Below are positions 46,926 to 51,161 of a DNA stretch of 51,161 bases, one piece after another. Source of the stretch: a virus. The stretch lies in the UHGV virus genome UHGV-0110138; one strand, written 5' to 3'. The notes beneath the pieces are model-generated. The model did no database searches, was not told where the DNA came from, and worked only from the letters and a program-made list of their open reading frames with translations. Each line of letters begins with the position of its first letter. Position 1 is the stretch's first letter. The translations under genes were made by a program, and so were the position numbers.

Positions 46926-47190
46926 TTAAGCATCGAGCGTGAACCAAGAAAAACCACTCGATGCATTATTTTAGGTGTTCCCGGGGAGATGACAAGAAAC
47001 CGGGAATAGGCCTGTCCCGGTTATGCTCCGAGTCTGCGTCCTACTAAGGAACAAGCCTTAACCGCCATCTGACGGTTAGTAGCAATATTTATAGTGCTGT
47101 ACATTGCACTGTCAAGGAATGAAAAACGAATGAACTTTTCGTCCTCAAGTACATAGTGCCGTATTCGCTTGCTTTCATTGTCCCCATAAT

Positions 47191-48606
47191 TTACTCATCT
47201 TGGAATTTATCAAAGAGAGTTTCGCCTTTGTCACTGGCTTCTTCAATCATTGCTTTCGCTTCTGGCTCTGTCATCCCTTCAAACTTCACGAAGTACATCC
47301 ATGCCGGTACTTTTCCCTGTACTACATAGTTCCACCAACGTGCACGATCATCTTCAAGGTTGTACACAAGGTCTTCAAACTCACAAGCTGTCTGATATCC
47401 GGAAGCCGGAATTGTTCCATTCGCTGTTCCTGTAGCGTAGAGAATATACAAGATTCTATGGATAACTCCATCATGATTCTTTCCATCTAAGATTGTACGG
47501 AAGGACTGGATCGTGTGCAGTGTTCTTCTATCGTCTGATTCCACTTGCGTCGCTGTCTGGATTCCTCTAGCTTCGTCGAATGAGAAGTAACCATTTGAGA
47601 ATCCACACTTGTATCCGATGATAGACAGATAGAAGTTGATGGCAGCAGTTCTTTCAGCTACCAGTATTGTCGGTACATGTTCTTGAATCGTACCGTCTGC
47701 ATCCACTCCCATTTCAAGTCCTTGCATGAATCGAGGGAGCTTGATTCCGTTCTGATTAGCATACTGGATTGCTGACTGTGATACAAAGGTAACATGCTGG
47801 CTGTCTTCCTGTTCATCGCCCATCTTATTGAGTGCAATATCAAGCCATCTCAACTCTTCGGTACATTCAGCGAATACCGGTACAGTAAGAGGAGACTCCT
47901 TGTCGATTGCATTCGCATAAGGATTTCGCCAGTACACAAATAATGGATACTCCAACCCTCTTACTTCTACTTCCGGGAGAATATCTTTCCACTCATCTAC
48001 TTTCTCTAGGGAAATTTCAGATCCGATACGGTTCTTATCTTCACTCTTGAATGCTTTTGATGAAATCTTATAGACTCTTTCACCATTCACATCCTCAAAT
48101 CTGTGATATTCTGCTTTTGTGTAGTACCTGTTTCCCTTTTTGATGTACGAGAAGAACACTGCTGCAAGTACATCACCGTTGGTATTGGTGTCTGTGATGA
48201 TGAAGTAGTCCGGATCCAGGAACTCAATTCCCTGTCCGTCTGACTTAATCATCATTCCGCAAGTAGAACAGCTCTCTTCCTGTTTCTCCTGTAACGCGTT
48301 CAACACTTCATCAAATTTCTTCTTGAGCGCATCGTTACCATCAATCTCAACATTGACATTGAACAGTGTAAGATTGGCAATCTCCCGGCAAATGACATTA
48401 GAGAACCTTGTCGGTTTGATTGTTCCGTCCATGCACCATGTCGGCAGTCCTGATCTCATACCCTTATACAAATCTAAGGCAGTCTGCATATCAGAAGAGC
48501 GACTTACCTCAATTCCAAATATATCTCTTACTTCGTTTACTCCAAACATTCTATTAAATACCGCCTTAATTTTTTGTATTAGTCTCATTGTTCCACACCT
48601 ATTCAA
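47191..48606 (-). CDS. portal protein
   Basis: 471 aa immediately downstream of the large terminase; size and position. Confidence 0.8.
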   Translation of the reverse strand: MNRCGTMRLIQKIKAVFNRMFGVNEVRDIFGIEVSRSSDMQTALDLYKGMRSGLPTWCMDGTIKPTRFSNVICREIANLTLFNVNVEIDGNDALKKKFDEVLNALQEKQEESCSTCGMMIKSDGQGIEFLDPDYFIITDTNTNGDVLAAVFFSYIKKGNRYYTKAEYHRFEDVNGERVYKISSKAFKSEDKNRIGSEISLEKVDEWKDILPEVEVRGLEYPLFVYWRNPYANAIDKESPLTVPVFAECTEELRWLDIALNKMGDEQEDSQHVTFVSQSAIQYANQNGIKLPRFMQGLEMGVDADGTIQEHVPTILVAERTAAINFYLSIIGYKCGFSNGYFSFDEARGIQTATQVESDDRRTLHTIQSFRTILDGKNHDGVIHRILYILYATGTANGTIPASGYQTACEFEDLVYNLEDDRARWWNYVVQGKVPAWMYFVKFEGMTEPEAKAMIEEASDKGETLFDKFQDE

Positions 48607-48853
48607 ACATTTCTTTGTTCTTTTCCATCCACTCTTTGTGAGACTTGCTTATTCCTTTTCCAGCAACGTGTGCAATGTAATAAAATTCTCTTACAGATTG
48701 CGGACCATTTTTATTAAATTCGTAGCATTTAAAAAGTGCTCGATTCTTTGACATAAAGGTAAAAGGTAGCGGAAGTACCTTGTTCACATCCTGTATAACA
48801 TAGCCTAGATCTGTTTCTCTAACGTAATACCTTGCTTTAATCAATATTTCCAC
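48599..48853 (-). CDS. small protein between terminase and portal
   Basis: 84 aa. Confidence 0.4.
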   Translation of the reverse strand: MEILIKARYYVRETDLGYVIQDVNKVLPLPFTFMSKNRALFKCYEFNKNGPQSVREFYYIAHVAGKGISKSHKEWMEKNKEMFE

Positions 48854-50181
48854 CTCAATCTTCTGCGTAAGAATGTGTAGACATAATATCTTGTATCATC
48901 CATTGCATGATCGTTCTCTTTGATCACCGTATCATTGTTCTTTTCCTCATCCCAACAGTACAGACCAAACTCATTGATACAGCTTGTACAATCCTTGTAT
49001 ATCTTTAGGAGTCCTTTGTTGAGCATCGTAGTGACCACTCGGATTCCGTCCAGTACATCATTGTCGGCTTTCTTCACGGTGTATTCTCCGTACTTCTTGA
49101 TTACCTCAATGAACGATGCAGCAGATGGATCTATGATGATACACGATACCTTTCTGTCTCCGATCAGTTCTTTCAACATCTTGTAATAGGCTTCATCATC
49201 TACACGCTTGCCGGCTTCTCTACTGTTGTAGTACAGTTCTGCTTCACGCTGCGAGTTCTTTCCATCGAATGCCCACAGACCGGCTGAGAATGGATTAACC
49301 GTACCATAGTCGATTGACACGATGTATTCCAATGCCCCACTCATGTGTTCATCGGAAACATGCTTTTCTTCATCGAACATGGAATAGACAAGTCCTTCAG
49401 CCACACACCACAGTCCTAAGATATACCGCTTAAAGAAGACACCTACATACATGCTCCGGTATCTTTCCTTAATCTGCTCAGACAGTGAAAGGTTATCGTC
49501 CATAGTGAAATGCAGATAGATGATGCGTTTCTCGTCACACTTATCTATCCAATTAACCTTGAACCAATGTCTTGGACTGTTCGGATTGCAGTTAAACCAA
49601 AACTTCGAACCTGTAACAGAGCAACGTCCTGTAGCCTGATTGACGAATGACTCTGGCATTAGTGCAACCTCATCAAAGAACATACCAGCAAGAGTGATAC
49701 CCTGAATCAAGTCCTGTGACCTTTCGTCCTTACCACCGAAGATGTAGAAGAAGTTCTGTGTATCTCCCTTGCTAACCACAATCAGATTGTCTGATCTATG
49801 GTCCACAACTTGATATCCTCGGCTTTTCAGCATCAATTTCAACCAAAACAATACGTTTCTTCGGAATGATCCGATTGTCTTTCCAGCCATACCGAAGTTC
49901 TGTTGGTTAAAACTTTCCATTGCCCACAGCACGTAGGACAGTGACATGCACAGTGTCTTACCACTTCTGATTGCTCCGTCCGCTATAATTCCATCTTTGT
50001 CCTTTACCGGACTGCTAGGACACCACCATGTCAGCACCTGTTTCTGCTTTCTTGAGAAAGGCTTGAACTCAAATCCTTGTTTCTTAGCTTTCTCTTTCAT
50101 AGCAGCAGCGCGTTTCATGATTCCTTGTCGGACAGAAGCTAATCTCTCCTCAAAGTTATTCATCATCTGTCCACACCTCAC
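48841..50181 (-). CDS. terminase large subunit
   Basis: Walker A GAIRSGKT; C-terminal nuclease-like region with conserved acidic residues. Confidence 0.85.
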   Translation of the reverse strand: MRCGQMMNNFEERLASVRQGIMKRAAAMKEKAKKQGFEFKPFSRKQKQVLTWWCPSSPVKDKDGIIADGAIRSGKTLCMSLSYVLWAMESFNQQNFGMAGKTIGSFRRNVLFWLKLMLKSRGYQVVDHRSDNLIVVSKGDTQNFFYIFGGKDERSQDLIQGITLAGMFFDEVALMPESFVNQATGRCSVTGSKFWFNCNPNSPRHWFKVNWIDKCDEKRIIYLHFTMDDNLSLSEQIKERYRSMYVGVFFKRYILGLWCVAEGLVYSMFDEEKHVSDEHMSGALEYIVSIDYGTVNPFSAGLWAFDGKNSQREAELYYNSREAGKRVDDEAYYKMLKELIGDRKVSCIIIDPSAASFIEVIKKYGEYTVKKADNDVLDGIRVVTTMLNKGLLKIYKDCTSCINEFGLYCWDEEKNNDTVIKENDHAMDDTRYYVYTFLRRRLRWKY

Positions 50182-50620
50182 TCGCTGTGGAATTCAGTGC
50201 ATCCATGAAGTTGTCTTTTGCATCTTCATCAGATCCATTGTCTTTGAACTGTGCTTCCAGTTTTGCAAGCTCAAGGTTCATCTTCCTATCGTCAACGTTA
50301 CGTTTCAGAAGTTCCTGTGCTGCTTTGGTTCGTTCAGACAAGGATGCGTCTAGGTCGAACTGATCTTTGATTTTTCCTCGCATGACATCAGTTAGATACT
50401 TCATGATTTCCTCAATATCTGCTATGTCTTTACTTGCGATTTGCTCCTGTCTAGCGTTGATATAGTCCAAAATATGAGGAACTTTGAGGTTATCAGCTCC
50501 AGTTCTATATGCTGTCTTTTCACTATATCCGGCATTCTTTGCTGCCTGTGTTGCGTTCCCAAGTTTCAGGTACTCATCACAGAACTTTTTCTGCTTAGGT
50601 GTTAGCTTATCCTTAGGCAC
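50156..50620 (-). CDS. terminase small subunit (GTG start)
   Basis: N-terminal MPKDKLTPKQKKFCDEYLKLGNATQAAKNAGYSEKTAYR is typical of small terminase HTH. Start codon is GTG at 50620-50618. Confidence 0.75.
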   Translation of the reverse strand: MPKDKLTPKQKKFCDEYLKLGNATQAAKNAGYSEKTAYRTGADNLKVPHILDYINARQEQIASKDIADIEEIMKYLTDVMRGKIKDQFDLDASLSERTKAAQELLKRNVDDRKMNLELAKLEAQFKDNGSDEDAKDNFMDALNSTASEVWTDDE

Positions 50621-50623
50621 ATT

Positions 50624-50802
50624 TAACCACCACCCTTTTCTTTACTGTCTCTTTTCTCCCTGTGTTCCATTTGACACTTAATCATCTGTAGTACATTCGT
50701 CCTCTCTGTATGTATCCCATGTCCTTGACGGAATAGTTCACACTGCAAGATGTTCCCACAGTGCGTGCATTCATCTGTTATTTCTCTGTTGGCAATCCTC
50801 AT
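50624..50802 (-). CDS. small Cys-rich (zinc-ribbon-like) ORF coupled to the upstream stop (ATGA overlap)
   Basis: 59 aa: MRIANREITDECTHCGNILQCELFRQGHGIHTERTNVLQMIKCQ... Confidence 0.3.
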
Positions 50803-51095
50803 GGTCTCACCTCATCCCATATATCCTTTAAGCAATTCACTATCTCAAGCTGTGATGTTGTTCTGATCAGTTCCAAATCTTTCTCTTTCCATTCTCCATG
50901 CCTGTCTCTTCCCAGTACCGGAGTAGATAATATATAGATGTTAATGAGTCTGTTCTGTTCAGCTGAATAGAATTGTCTCTGACTGTACTTTATAATCAAG
51001 CCTGTCTGCAAGATTGCTCTCTGTAGCTTCTTGGATATTCCATTGAGATTCACCTTTCTACCTCCAAAATGAAAAAGATTCCATGCATGATACAA
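50799..51095 (-). CDS. hypothetical protein upstream of the terminase genes
   Basis: 98 aa. Confidence 0.4.
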   Translation of the reverse strand: MYHAWNLFHFGGRKVNLNGISKKLQRAILQTGLIIKYSQRQFYSAEQNRLINIYILSTPVLGRDRHGEWKEKDLELIRTTSQLEIVNCLKDIWDEVRP

Positions 51096-51161
51096 TGTCT
51101 CTTATACCATTGTAACTGAATGAAATCTTTTCGTTGTACCCATATTTATGAAAAAAGAAGC

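Larger units (their letters stand above)
1..51161. mobile_element. Temperate siphovirus-like phage genome, circularly permuted, in attP (non-integrated) configuration
   Basis: Complete set of phage modules is present (lysogeny, replication/recombination, packaging, head, tail, lysis). Lysin and integrase converge on a tRNA-like core, which is the arrangement of a circular phage genome. The early operon runs off the left edge and the late operon begins at the right edge. Confidence 0.7.

Noticed and set aside
1-51161. Integrated prophage with host flanks
   Set aside because: Lysin and int are adjacent across the att core, and both window ends lie inside phage operons. No host-like genes are present.

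Overview
The window reads as a near-complete or complete temperate siphovirus-type phage genome of about 51 kb. It is low-GC, Firmicutes/Clostridia-like in style, and almost all genes are on the minus strand. Three lines of evidence indicate the window is circularly permuted and represents the excised/replicative (attP) form rather than an integrated prophage: the late (structural/lysis) operon ends at the lysin (22916-23995, -), about 200 bp from a tRNA-3'-end-like core that itself lies immediately after the 3' end of the tyrosine integrase (21543-22646, +); the lysogeny module sits directly beside it; and the early operon runs off the left edge and would continue at the right edge. Modules from left to right: (1) 0-17 kb, minus-strand early/accessory genes, including two DUF551 proteins, a pair of small paralogues, a C5 DNA methyltransferase with triplicated TRD-like repeats, a replisome organizer with embedded iterons, a Hjc/RecU-like nuclease, a NinB-like protein, a Rad52/Sak annealase, a DUF1351 protein, and candidate anti-defence small genes beside HTH genes. 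(2) 17.6-22.9 kb, lysogeny module: Cro-like and cI-like repressors with a divergent promoter/operator region, an ImmA metalloprotease, a membrane zinc-ribbon/FtsK-gamma-domain protein carrying a (GAACAG)9 microsatellite, a lipoprotein, the integrase and attP. (3) 22.9-24.8 kb, lysis cassette: GH25 lysin, holin, XhlA-like protein. (4) 24.8-28.1 kb, the most unusual region. It has very low coding density, a perfect 306-bp direct repeat with an 804-bp period, and at least five copies of a short site AAATAGTAA(C): four direct, and one inverted at the stop of a tail-fibre-like gene. It also has a chain of start-less beta-rich ORF fragments that begin exactly at those sites, and an Xer/Rci-like tyrosine recombinase embedded in the middle. 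I interpret this as a candidate shufflon-like or cassette-switching tail-fibre variation locus. (5) 28-50.6 kb, minus-strand late operon: tail fibre/Tal (1531 aa with five internal repeats), tape measure, chaperones, major tail, connector proteins, major capsid, scaffold, a Mu-F-like minor capsid protein, then an inserted island carrying a tandem DUF2829 (Tad2-like) gene and three tRNA or tRNA-like genes, then portal and the large and small terminase subunits. No CRISPR array, no reverse transcriptase or DGR, and no rRNA were seen.
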